DNA of 63,865 bases, filler included, from Limisphaerales bacterium (GTDB lineage: Bacteria; Verrucomicrobiota; Verrucomicrobiia; Limisphaerales; SIBE01): assembly GCA_044225505.1 (NCBI GenBank). It is 3 parts of 3 records of this genome, joined end to end, with 100 filler letters (N's around TTAATTAATTAA, not from the genome) between each part and the next. Parts side by side here need not be neighbours in the genome. Positions count along the whole stretch, not along the records: positions 26,682 to 52,433 come from JBGAIN010000121.1; 2 more parts are not named here. One strand, 5' to 3'. Shown here piece after piece: positions 28,318 to 37,934 of this stretch (positions are counted from its first letter, which is position 1; each line of letters starts with the position of its first letter). The notes under the pieces are model-generated. The model did no database searches. It was not told where the DNA came from and worked only from the letters and a program-made list of their open reading frames with translations. The translations under genes and the position numbers were made by a program.

Positions 28318-31300
28318 ACCCGCGATCTATGGCACAAAGACGGCCGAATTCGGGAATCGGATTGACGCGGAATCCAGAGTGGAAGCGCGGCGCTTTCGAA
28401 TTGGTAGGAACCACTCCGAAACGCCCTCACAGACGCCAACCCATCGGAGATTACCGTTACTTTTTTCTTCTCCTGCTTTTCCTATGCACGGAGAGTGTTG
28501 GTTGGGCACAAAGAGCGCCTGTTCTCTCGGATATTCCCGACCAAGTCATTGACGAGGATGCCAGTGTTGGACCCATTCCGATCCGCATCGCCGATCCGGA
28601 TACCCCATTGACCTCTTTGACCTTCCGACGAGAATCGAGCGATCCCAATCTAGTTCCAGTCGCCAACATCGTGGTCTCTGGCAGCGGGACCAATCGCGCT
28701 ATCCGTGTGACGCCGCGCCCGAACGCATTCGGTCAAACGACGATCACACTGAGCGTGAGCGACGGGCAATTGTCCGCAACCGATACATTCAAAGTTCTCG
28801 TCCGCCCCGTGAACGATCTTCCGTTGATCTCGCGGGTGAGAGACCAAACGGTGGCCCGAAACGCAACCACAGGTCCTTTAAACTTCGGGGTGTTTGACCT
28901 GGAGACGGAGCCCACTCAGTTAAAAGTCACCGCGGTCGCTGACAACGTGACTTTGGTTCCAGCGTCGGCTATCACACTGGGCGGTGCCGGAACAAATCGT
29001 ACCGTGAACATCTCGCCTGCGTCAAATCAGGCAGGCTCTACTACGGTGACATTGGCAGTGACGGACGCCGACGGCGGCAAGTCGACTTCCAGTTTCCTCC
29101 TGACGGTGTCCAGTAATGGCGTCGCTCCGCAAATCACGCGGCAACCTGCCGGCGTCGTCCTAGCGGAAGGCGAGGCGTTGAGTCTTAGCGTTGTTGCTAC
29201 TGGCGACGCGCCTCTCCGCTACCAGTGGCGATTCAATGGCCAACCGATTTCAGGAGCCACTTCCGCGGAGTTCATTGTAGCGAAAGTCGTCCGCACGGGC
29301 GCTGGATCTTTCGATGTTGTGGTCAGCAATGAGTTCGGATCCACGACCAGCAGCGCTGCCAGTGTAGAAGTGAACACCTACGATTTTGGCGACGCACCAT
29401 CTCCGTACCCCACGTTGAAGCCCGACGGAGCGGCCCATCGTGTCCAGGCGGGCTTTGGGCTCGGGACGCCGCCGGACGGTGAGGGCGATGGTCTTCCAGA
29501 GGCCGCGGCCAAGGGCGACGACAATAGTGGAACGTCGGATGAGAACGGAGTGGTGCTCCCGCTCGAACTAACGATAGGAAGGGCGAATCAGGTCCAAGTG
29601 CGCTTTACGGACACCTTTCATGCAACCCCGTCGGGCATTTTGGTCGTCTGGCTCGACCTGAATGCCAACGGATCGTGGGACGATGCCGGAGAGCGATTTG
29701 GCCCGTTCCAGCTGCAGAACGCGGGCACAAATACCATCAGCCTGGCGATACCAGCGGGACTCGTTCCGGGATCAAGTTTCGCCAGATTCCGCCTGACTTC
29801 CGATGGTGCAGCGCAAAGCCCACGCGGCCGCCGTGAGGATCCCGGAGAAGTTGAAGACCATTCCATGACGCTCAAGAATTCCGGCACTGGCCCGGGCGAG
29901 GGCGGCGCGACCCTGGATTTCGGAGACGCCCCGGACAGTTATCAGACCACCTTAGCGTCTGATGGCGCCCGCCACACGCGGGTCGCGGGATTTAACTTAG
30001 GCCGTCTCATTGACGTCGAAACGAACGCGGTGCCCCCGCTGAATGGGTTTGGTGACAATTCGTCACCTGCGGCCGCCAATGATGAGGATGGTATCACGTT
30101 CTTAAGCGCCGTTAACCCCGGGTTTTCCCTGCAACTTCGTGCCGTCACGACTATTACGAACGGAACCGGCAAGCTTGACGCGTGGGTAGATTGGAACCAA
30201 AACGGCTCGTTTGCCGATGTTGGCGACCGGATTTACACCGGCGTTACGGTGACAAATGGCACCAACACCCTTCCGGCAGTCGCGGTGCCTGCCAATGCGT
30301 CGGTCGGTTCGACATTCGCGCGCTTCCGATTGAGCCGGGGCGGGCTCAATACCTGGTTCGGCTTGGCGCAGGATGGTGAAGTCGAAGATTATACGCTGCA
30401 AGTGCGTCGCAATACGGAGGTTCAGCTGGACTTCGGGGATGCCCCTCAAGGCCCGAACGGTGGTTACCCTACAACCCTCGCACGCAACGGAGCTCGGCAC
30501 CAGTTAAACCAATCGATTCATCTGGGACAATTGATCGATCTCGAACCGGATGGGCAGCCTAACGTGACTGCTAGCGGCGACGATACAAGCGGGGCCGCAG
30601 ATGAGGATGGCGTGTTTTTCCCATCGCCACTCGTCCCGGGGGCGACGAATGTTGTCCAAGTCGAGGTGGTCTCACCCCCAGGGATGATCGTTCACCTTGA
30701 CGCCTTCATTGACTTCAATCGCGACGGGGATTGGGCCGACGCTGGCGAAAAAGTGTTTAATGCGTTGCCGTTAGCCAATGGAAGTCACACGTTGGCGTTT
30801 GCGGTGCCAGCGACGGCGAGCGCGGGGCTAACCTTTGCCCGCTTTCGCTTGAGCCAACAAGGCGGCCTCAGCTTTGACGGCGACGGTGGGGTCGGTGAGG
30901 TGGAGGATCTAAGGCTTACCATCGAGAAAGCTCAAGAGACAGGCACCTGCGACCTCAGCTGCCAGGGAACTGACTTTTGGGTGGCATTTCCAGGGAACTA
31001 TGCCCCGGACCCGGCCAACCCGGTGACCCCTGTGCTCGCCGTGGTTGGCCCAATCAACAGCGTGATTACCGTAGAAAATCTGGCTGTTGCGACGACCACT
31101 CGATTTACGAACGTGACGGGAACCCTCCGCATCTCGCTCAACAAAGCGACCGATCTGGGAGATTTGAATGACGCTGTCGCGCGCAAAGGTGTGCACGTCA
31201 CCGTTACACAACCGAGCACGCTCTATGGTTTGAGCAAGGTCACTTACACCAGCGATGGGTATCTGGCGCTTCCCAGTGAGACCCTTGGGACCGAGCATGT

Positions 31301-32948
31301 CATGGCCGCATTTGGCAATGTGCACGCCGGTATTCCGGAACTCAACGGGACTCAGTTTGCGATGGTAGCGACGGAGACCAACACGACGGTCACCGTCATC
31401 CCATCGATAACAACCGGTGCCAGGACCGCCCGGATGCCTTACTCCATTGTCTTGACCAACCGGGGGGATTGTTACCAATTGCGCAACACAGGAGATGCTC
31501 CGAGTGATCTTACTGGGACAGTGCTACTCTCAGACAAGCCGATCGCCGCCTACGCCGGACATCACATTGCGAACGTTGCTTCCGCTGATCCGTTCTTCGC
31601 TGATTATCTCGTCGAGTCCATGCCACCCGTAAACCGGTGGGGGTCCGAATTCTATACAACACCCCTGACTACTCGTTCAGGCGGCGACACCTATCGTATC
31701 GTCGCGGCGCGCGACAATACCGCCGTGACCCTCAATAGTGCCGCGCCTATTCTCCTCAACCGCGGAGATTACCATCAGACCTTGCTGACGGGCGCCTCCC
31801 GCATCGTTGCCGATAAGCCAGTCTTTGTTGCCCAGTTCGCCCATAGCTCCGACGTCGACGGCGTCACAAATTCTGATCCCTTTATGGTGACAGTCCCCGC
31901 GCGACCGCACTGGAGTGCTGTGCAGTCATTCACCACGCCTGGGGTTGGATTTGCGAGTCACTATGTGAATGTGGTCGTTTCCAAATCGGCTTCGGCCTCC
32001 TTGCGAATGGATGGCGCGCCGTTCGCCAGTTTCAGTTCGGCGATTCAAGGGGGCGACTACGTGTTTGCCACCAGCTCTGTAACGACGGGAACCCACGCCA
32101 TCACGTGCAACGAGCCTGTCGGTGTGATTGTCTATGGCTGGAATGAATATGAAAGCTACGGCTGGCCAGGATGCTTGTTTTTTGGCGACACCACACCGCC
32201 TATTCTGCATTGCCGAACGAACGAAGTCGTGGTGACAGCGGGTCGAGACAGTGATAAGGAGCCTTGCCGCGCGCGGGTAGGGGACTACCGGCAATTAGTG
32301 CAGGCGACGGACAACTGTGAGCTGCCCGATCAGGTGGTAGTCGAACAAGTTCCCGCTCCCGGCACGTTTTTGCCAGTGGGTCAGCATCAAATCAAGCTGA
32401 GCGTGACCGACAAAGCGGGTAACGTGGGGACTTGCTACCTGGGTTTCACCGTCGACGATCCAAATCCTGACGGCCCACTTAGTTTAGATTGCCCAGCGGA
32501 CATGTTAGTGCGGTGTACTGACGCTGAAGGAGCTATCGTCAAGTATGCCGTCACCGCGTTGCGTGGATGTACGCCTCTAACCGAAGGACTCGTTTGCGAA
32601 CCGCCTCCCGGAACTCATTTCCCGCGCGGAACCAACCTTGTCACTTGCACTCTCACAGCTCCAGGACAGCAACCGCTCCGTTGCTCGTTTCGCGTTATTG
32701 TCTCATGTCGCCCAGCCGTTAACCGCACGGTAAAGATTAATCCGCCCACAGCGGATCCCTCGGTGCCGAACGGTGGTAAACAAGTAGTCATCGAATTCGA
32801 GCCAGACTCCAATATCGTGTTGGAGGTCGCGGATTCCGTCATTGGGCCCTGGACGGAGTTACCAAACATTCCCTCGCGATACCAAATCAAGATCGCGCAG
32901 GAACGTGGCAAATTCTTCCGACTGAAAGAGAAGACGTCGGTGCCGTGA
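28314..32948 (+). CDS. Large secreted multidomain adhesin-like protein (2 cadherin-like, Ig, 3 GEVED, IgGFc-binding N-terminal-like, 2 HYR-like, C-terminal FFR domain)
   Basis: ATGA overlap with the RTX gene; signal peptide ending VGWA; APQITRQP...YQW Ig; three DFGDAP...ARFRL...GEVED repeats; GTDFWVAFPGN...YESYGWPG domain; DTTPPILHC/HYR-like domains; ends VLEVADSVIGPW...KFFRLK. Confidence 0.88.
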   Translation: MNPRSMAQRRPNSGIGLTRNPEWKRGAFELVGTTPKRPHRRQPIGDYRYFFLLLLFLCTESVGWAQRAPVLSDIPDQVIDEDASVGPIPIRIADPDTPLTSLTFRRESSDPNLVPVANIVVSGSGTNRAIRVTPRPNAFGQTTITLSVSDGQLSATDTFKVLVRPVNDLPLISRVRDQTVARNATTGPLNFGVFDLETEPTQLKVTAVADNVTLVPASAITLGGAGTNRTVNISPASNQAGSTTVTLAVTDADGGKSTSSFLLTVSSNGVAPQITRQPAGVVLAEGEALSLSVVATGDAPLRYQWRFNGQPISGATSAEFIVAKVVRTGAGSFDVVVSNEFGSTTSSAASVEVNTYDFGDAPSPYPTLKPDGAAHRVQAGFGLGTPPDGEGDGLPEAAAKGDDNSGTSDENGVVLPLELTIGRANQVQVRFTDTFHATPSGILVVWLDLNANGSWDDAGERFGPFQLQNAGTNTISLAIPAGLVPGSSFARFRLTSDGAAQSPRGRREDPGEVEDHSMTLKNSGTGPGEGGATLDFGDAPDSYQTTLASDGARHTRVAGFNLGRLIDVETNAVPPLNGFGDNSSPAAANDEDGITFLSAVNPGFSLQLRAVTTITNGTGKLDAWVDWNQNGSFADVGDRIYTGVTVTNGTNTLPAVAVPANASVGSTFARFRLSRGGLNTWFGLAQDGEVEDYTLQVRRNTEVQLDFGDAPQGPNGGYPTTLARNGARHQLNQSIHLGQLIDLEPDGQPNVTASGDDTSGAADEDGVFFPSPLVPGATNVVQVEVVSPPGMIVHLDAFIDFNRDGDWADAGEKVFNALPLANGSHTLAFAVPATASAGLTFARFRLSQQGGLSFDGDGGVGEVEDLRLTIEKAQETGTCDLSCQGTDFWVAFPGNYAPDPANPVTPVLAVVGPINSVITVENLAVATTTRFTNVTGTLRISLNKATDLGDLNDAVARKGVHVTVTQPSTLYGLSKVTYTSDGYLALPSETLGTEHVMAAFGNVHAGIPELNGTQFAMVATETNTTVTVIPSITTGARTARMPYSIVLTNRGDCYQLRNTGDAPSDLTGTVLLSDKPIAAYAGHHIANVASADPFFADYLVESMPPVNRWGSEFYTTPLTTRSGGDTYRIVAARDNTAVTLNSAAPILLNRGDYHQTLLTGASRIVADKPVFVAQFAHSSDVDGVTNSDPFMVTVPARPHWSAVQSFTTPGVGFASHYVNVVVSKSASASLRMDGAPFASFSSAIQGGDYVFATSSVTTGTHAITCNEPVGVIVYGWNEYESYGWPGCLFFGDTTPPILHCRTNEVVVTAGRDSDKEPCRARVGDYRQLVQATDNCELPDQVVVEQVPAPGTFLPVGQHQIKLSVTDKAGNVGTCYLGFTVDDPNPDGPLSLDCPADMLVRCTDAEGAIVKYAVTALRGCTPLTEGLVCEPPPGTHFPRGTNLVTCTLTAPGQQPLRCSFRVIVSCRPAVNRTVKINPPTADPSVPNGGKQVVIEFEPDSNIVLEVADSVIGPWTELPNIPSRYQIKIAQERGKFFRLKEKTSVP

Positions 32949-33048
32949 GACCATCCCGGTGCACCTCGTTTACCGTGGAGCTGGAAATCAAGATAGCAGC
33001 TTGAAAAGGCACTGGACTTGCCCCAGGGTCTTTAGCAACACTCACCCT

Positions 33049-33552
33049 ATGGACCAGGCTGTCATCTCCGAAATCGAACGACAAGCAACCCACGAGCTGT
33101 TTGCTTCCCAGAGCTATCTCGCACTCGCTTATTGGAGTGATGTCCGCCAGTATTCGGGCTTTGCCGAATTCTTCCACCTCCAAGTTCAGGAAGAGCGTGA
33201 GCACGCGGACAAGTTCCTTAAATTCCTTGCCGACCGAGACGTGGTGCCGGTCATTGGACAAATCGCAGCGCCCCGGACGTCGTTCAATAATCTGATCGAG
33301 GCCGCCAAACTGGTCTACGACCTGGAACGAGCGAACACGGCTGGAATCCATAAAGCCTACGAAGCAGCGTTGGCGGCCAAGGATTACGCCGCGCAAGTGA
33401 TGCTGCACTGGTTTATCAACGAGCAAGTCGAAGAAGAAGCATGGTCCGATAAGATGCTCGTCAAAGTGCAGGAAGCCACCTGCCCGGGTGCCCTGCAAAT
33501 GCTCGACCGCCATATTTTGAAGGAGTTGCGCAAGAAGTCAGATACTCCTTGA
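33049..33552 (+). CDS. ftnA: Non-haem ferritin
   Basis: Ferroxidase residues HELFASQSYL, QEEREHA, LE, WFINEQVEEE; ~167 aa. Confidence 0.92.
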   Translation: MDQAVISEIERQATHELFASQSYLALAYWSDVRQYSGFAEFFHLQVQEEREHADKFLKFLADRDVVPVIGQIAAPRTSFNNLIEAAKLVYDLERANTAGIHKAYEAALAAKDYAAQVMLHWFINEQVEEEAWSDKMLVKVQEATCPGALQMLDRHILKELRKKSDTP

Positions 33553-33637
33553 TCCGCGGTCGGATGGTCCAAGCTGGCCCCCGAAGGAAACCCGGTGATT
33601 TGCCCAGGACGCTTTCCGCATCGCGTTCAACCCCCTC

Positions 33638-34240
33638 ATGAGTTCAATCTATGAATGGGAAGCTCGTTACCAACGAGCGGAGACTCCTTGGGACAAAGGG
33701 GAAGCTTCGCCAGGGTTGGTCGATTTCCTTGCGGCACACCAGGAGTTACCGCGCGGAACCGTCTGTGTCCCAGGCTGCGGCGTAGGCCATGACGCTAGGC
33801 GTTGGGCTGCGGTGGGGTTTGACACGTTGGGATGCGACCTGGCGCCGTCAGCGATTCGTTTGGCTCAGGAGCGGAGTGCAGGGCTCAATCTGCCACTTAA
33901 CTTCCAACAAGGTGACTTTCTGACCGATACTCCTCCGCAGAAGTTCGACTGGTTATTTGAGCACACCTTGTTCTGCGCAATCAACCCTCAGTCTCGCGAC
34001 GATTACGTCCGCGCCGCGGTCCGTTGGCTCAAACCCGACGGACAGTTCCTGGCTGTCTATTATCTCATCCCCGACACTGACGGCCCGCCCTTTGGCACGA
34101 CTCGAGACGAGATTCTCACCCGCTTTTCACCTCACTTCGATCTTGTTGAACAGTGGGTGCCGCGATCGTATCCGAATCGCGAAGGATTGGAGTGGATGGT
34201 GTGGTGGAAGGGCCGCGTTGCGAAACCTGGTGTCGCCTGA
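33638..34240 (+). CDS. Thiopurine/thiol S-methyltransferase (TPMT-like)
   Basis: WEARY....PWDKG, VPGCGVGHD (SAM motif I), GDF, FEHTLFCAI, GPPFG. Confidence 0.9.
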   Translation: MSSIYEWEARYQRAETPWDKGEASPGLVDFLAAHQELPRGTVCVPGCGVGHDARRWAAVGFDTLGCDLAPSAIRLAQERSAGLNLPLNFQQGDFLTDTPPQKFDWLFEHTLFCAINPQSRDDYVRAAVRWLKPDGQFLAVYYLIPDTDGPPFGTTRDEILTRFSPHFDLVEQWVPRSYPNREGLEWMVWWKGRVAKPGVA

Positions 34241-34334
34241 TTGACTTTCAAAAGGGCGCCGAAGAGTTCGACGCCACTGCCGAAACCGTCGAGGGAGCCC
34301 CCGCACCGTCCATTGCTCGACGCTTACCCAGCGG

Positions 34335-35939
34335 TTATTGGTCCAGGATTCGGAATTGCAGATAAAGATCCGTCTCGGCGAAGCTTTTCCGGAATGATCC
34401 CCACGCCGCATCACTCATCGCGTCCGGTTTGGGTTTCGGATGCGGATCATCGACGCGCATCAACCGGTGACCAGTCTTTTCCTCCAAGCGCCGCAGCAGG
34501 GGTTCAAAGGGCATTTTGTCCCACCCCTTGACGACGGCCATCGCGTGGTCGACCGGGATCATCGCCACGAGTTCGGGATGATTCATGAGCTCCAACCCCT
34601 TTAATTCGGTGCCCAGCCCACGAACCGTGGCGTTGTGGCTGCCGTGATGCCCAACCTTGTAAAGCACCGTGCGATTTAGCAAATCGCCGATGCGAATCTC
34701 TTGCTTGTGACCGTTCGAATCGGTCGTTTGCCAACGGTATTGATCCCAGGAAAGCCAATTGCCGACCTGCGCGTCGGCTGCAAAAAGGAGGACCTTGCCC
34801 GTCGAGACGAGCTCGATCGCCAGGACCAGGCTGGTGTTGTTCGTGTAGCTATCCAACTTCAAGGCCAGGTCGCCCGCAAGGCCGAGCCAGTCATCGTCAA
34901 TGCGCCGCCAAGCGGAGCGGTGTCCGGGGGGTTGCCCCTGCGCGGTTTGCTTCTTCACCAACGGCTTGGCGCGATGCTCGAAGCCGTAATTGTCTCGGAA
35001 AAAGGGAATCGTTTTCGCTTCGGACGTCGGAACCTGCAGCATGGAATCAAACGGAAAACTAAGCCTTTGCACGTCCTGCTCCGCTTCTGATGATTGGGCC
35101 GGATCCTGCAAGGCACTGAGAAACGCCGTCCGTTGCGTGAGTGCTGAACGTTCCGTGTAAACTTCCTTGCCCGATTTGGTCGGGTTAATGCGCCGCAATT
35201 CCTTCTCATCGTGCGGCGGTCCCAGGATATAGATCCGCACGGCGTTGGCCAATGACTCCCCCTGGCTCCCAGGCAAGGGCAGGGGACCGGTCCCAGGGAG
35301 ATGGTATTGGGGAGTTGTTTGGCCGAGCTTGGCGGCCGCTTGCATCGCTGCCCGAGTGTCACTGGCGCTCGCGGCATGCGCAAAGTTGGGAGACAGACCA
35401 AAGAAGCCGAGCAGATTCGCAATGTGTTCCACCGAACGGCTGTCGACGGCCCGCGCCACCGCGTTTCTTAATAACCCAAGTTCCTTATCAAAGTTCTGGC
35501 GAAGCTTCTGGGCTAAGGCGTCCTTCGGATCTTCGGTCCAGGCAAACCAGACTTGTTCGATCTGCAGGGATTTAAAAGCCGCGCTGGCTTGCAGAAACCC
35601 AGACACGTGGTCCCAGTGTTCGTGGGTGACGACGAGCAAATGGAGTGTCCCACCGGTGGCATCATGGACATCTCGGACCACGCGATCCATCGTTGTGCTG
35701 GCGTCTTGTGTGCCGAGAATCACGCCACAATCAATCAACAGGTAGTACGGAGCGTTGGGGTCCTGCGTGGCGAAGGCCACGAGGAAGCAGTCGCCCAGAC
35801 CCTGACGGTACATGCGCACCTCCGTCGATTTCGGCGGCGGTACGAGCCGCCTTGACGGCGAATCAGCGCGATCCTTTGCCATCTCCGGACGATTCGTGGT
35901 CGTCTCTGACTTGCGGATGTTCGAATCAGATCTGGCCAT
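34335..35939 (-). CDS. ComEC/Rec2-like MBL-fold metallo-hydrolase with large insertions
   Basis: RMYRQGLGDCFL, LIDCG, THEHWDH (HxHxDH), NNTSLVL, LLFAADAQ, YKVGHHGSHNAT; SD GAGGA 8 nt before ATG 35939, which lies 4 nt after the upstream stop; no signal peptide. Confidence 0.9.
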   Translation of the reverse strand: MARSDSNIRKSETTTNRPEMAKDRADSPSRRLVPPPKSTEVRMYRQGLGDCFLVAFATQDPNAPYYLLIDCGVILGTQDASTTMDRVVRDVHDATGGTLHLLVVTHEHWDHVSGFLQASAAFKSLQIEQVWFAWTEDPKDALAQKLRQNFDKELGLLRNAVARAVDSRSVEHIANLLGFFGLSPNFAHAASASDTRAAMQAAAKLGQTTPQYHLPGTGPLPLPGSQGESLANAVRIYILGPPHDEKELRRINPTKSGKEVYTERSALTQRTAFLSALQDPAQSSEAEQDVQRLSFPFDSMLQVPTSEAKTIPFFRDNYGFEHRAKPLVKKQTAQGQPPGHRSAWRRIDDDWLGLAGDLALKLDSYTNNTSLVLAIELVSTGKVLLFAADAQVGNWLSWDQYRWQTTDSNGHKQEIRIGDLLNRTVLYKVGHHGSHNATVRGLGTELKGLELMNHPELVAMIPVDHAMAVVKGWDKMPFEPLLRRLEEKTGHRLMRVDDPHPKPKPDAMSDAAWGSFRKSFAETDLYLQFRILDQ

Positions 35940-35943
35940 GAGT

Positions 35944-37911
35944 TTAGTCCTCGGAATGCTCGCCACGGTGCAGCATGGCAAACGGTTCGCCGCCATCGGC
36001 CTTCGCCATGCGTCCGAAGTAGAGGGCTCGCAGCGAGGTATCCGTGTCGCCTTTCAGGAATCGCCGTTGACGGTCTAGGCGCTGATCATTCGTGACCCGC
36101 TTCGAGATACAGTAGCGGACGCGCGATGTCTCGAGATCAATGATCATCGTAAATCCTCCCCGGAAGGCAAAGTCGCGTTTTGGCGGGTTCTTGATTTTGC
36201 CGCTGTCGACCGCAGCTTGCACTGCCGGATCGAAGTATCCGTTCCGGTGTTGGGTAACTTCCAGGATGAGATCCGCAAGGGATTCGCCGTCTGGACTGAC
36301 GCGTCGTGCGGGTCGCAACGAATGCACCTCGAACTTAGCGCCAGGCCGGCTCAAGTCGAGCCCCATGAGCGCTTGCGACCCATGCCCAGTGTTTTCCACA
36401 AGCCAGTCGTGCAGTCGAGCCCGCTTCGCTTTCAAACCCTCGAAAATCTCCTCGGAGCGAGTGGAGAGGTCCCACCCTTGAACCATTTTGCCAGCCTCTT
36501 CGACCATTGGCCGAAAGTGGTTCTCGAATTCGTCGTCGTTCGGAGGCGACCAGCGCAGGCTTTCCACGGAGATCGTGCGCACATCGGGCGGGTGAATCCC
36601 GCGGCGCCGAAACGCTTCTACAAAGGCGATGCGATAGCCTTTGTCGTCGTCGGGAACGAGATCATAATCGGCCGTGATTAACGCCCTTAAATACTCACCA
36701 AACGTCAGATCGACAGGTGGGCAATAGTCCAGCGCGCGAATGCACATGTGCAACACGTGCCTGGCAGATTTGGCTGCCTCCAGCGCGAGGCGTTTCACAA
36801 GGTCGGGATGCAATTGCCCTTCGGGCAGCAAGCCAGTGCCGTTGGTCGCAATCCGCAGCAAATCCGCCGACCGCGTGCGGTAGATCGTGGTAAACGCGTC
36901 AAAAACCGCTCCCACGAGAATGGCTCCGCGATCGTGCGGTTCGAATATTCGTTCAAGACTGGTTGGATCCGGTTTGGCCGGTTCCCAAGTTCCTTTCGCA
37001 TTTGGGCTTCCCAAGGCGTCTCGCAACGCGCGGTGCATCCCCGACGCTTTGCCGAACTGCTGCGCCAACTGCGCCAGAAGGTTTTCCGTGGCGAGATTGC
37101 CTCGGGTCCGAGCGACCTGGTGACGCAGGACTTCCGGAAATGAAAAGTGCTGGAACAGCGCAATGATATCCGCAAACGCCTCATGGAACGCCAACACGTC
37201 GGGATTTGTCGGCTCGTTATAGCGCGGATGCAACCCGTCCAAGAGCGCGTGTGTCGTCTCGTGAGCAATAATATCGTGCGAAAGGCAGGTAAACACGATC
37301 CCGCCTGACGGCTGAGACTCTGGGTCCGCCGCACTGGCCGGGAAATAGCCGAACAACAGCGCTTTCTTTTCCGGACTGTAATAGGCATTAGCTTCGCGGA
37401 GGGCATGAGGATAGATCCGCAATCGCTTGACGAACCGCTCGCCCGCTTTTCCGTCCTGACGTTCCCAGCGCGATGCCCAGAATGCGGTCCGGCCCAACGC
37501 GAGTTCGAAATTGCGGATGGTCGTCATGGCCACGGCGTAGACCATCTGCTGGTGAAACTGCGGGTTCCCTTCGGATGGGGCCAAGCCGTCCTGGGCCAAG
37601 AGGTAGGGCTGGTTCAGATCCACCGGCAGATAAAAGCAATCGCTCGCCGGATCGAAATCGATCACTTCGACATACTCTCCAATCGGTCCAGGCTGAAGCG
37701 TGTCCTCGCCCGTCGCCGGATCGTACTCCCACGGAACCTGCAATGTGACCAAGTTTACCAGCGAGGTCTCAAGCTGAACCGAGAGGCTTGGGTCGAACGC
37801 ATAGGAACGCAAGCGCCGAAACTTGGGCCTGGGAACGGGCACGGCCTTGGGCTTGGGCTTGGCTGCAGGTTGGCCGGCCGAGGGGCGGCGAGATGAGACC
37901 GTGCGCTTCAT
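35944..37911 (-). CDS. Cytoplasmic thermolysin-like (M4/gluzincin) metalloprotease
   Basis: NAYY, DIIAHETTH (HExxH), third ligand HEAFAD (cf. thermolysin NEAISD), EPH..G (cf. VH..SG); no signal peptide; start at MKRTVSS. Confidence 0.85.
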   Translation of the reverse strand: MKRTVSSRRPSAGQPAAKPKPKAVPVPRPKFRRLRSYAFDPSLSVQLETSLVNLVTLQVPWEYDPATGEDTLQPGPIGEYVEVIDFDPASDCFYLPVDLNQPYLLAQDGLAPSEGNPQFHQQMVYAVAMTTIRNFELALGRTAFWASRWERQDGKAGERFVKRLRIYPHALREANAYYSPEKKALLFGYFPASAADPESQPSGGIVFTCLSHDIIAHETTHALLDGLHPRYNEPTNPDVLAFHEAFADIIALFQHFSFPEVLRHQVARTRGNLATENLLAQLAQQFGKASGMHRALRDALGSPNAKGTWEPAKPDPTSLERIFEPHDRGAILVGAVFDAFTTIYRTRSADLLRIATNGTGLLPEGQLHPDLVKRLALEAAKSARHVLHMCIRALDYCPPVDLTFGEYLRALITADYDLVPDDDKGYRIAFVEAFRRRGIHPPDVRTISVESLRWSPPNDDEFENHFRPMVEEAGKMVQGWDLSTRSEEIFEGLKAKRARLHDWLVENTGHGSQALMGLDLSRPGAKFEVHSLRPARRVSPDGESLADLILEVTQHRNGYFDPAVQAAVDSGKIKNPPKRDFAFRGGFTMIIDLETSRVRYCISKRVTNDQRLDRQRRFLKGDTDTSLRALYFGRMAKADGGEPFAMLHRGEHSED

Positions 37912-37934
37912 GGAACGTATCCGGTTTGAAAGAG

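Noticed and set aside
34335..35939. Competence protein ComEC or a metallo-beta-lactamase resistance gene
   Set aside because: No membrane competence domain and no signal peptide; motifs and context differ from class B beta-lactamases.
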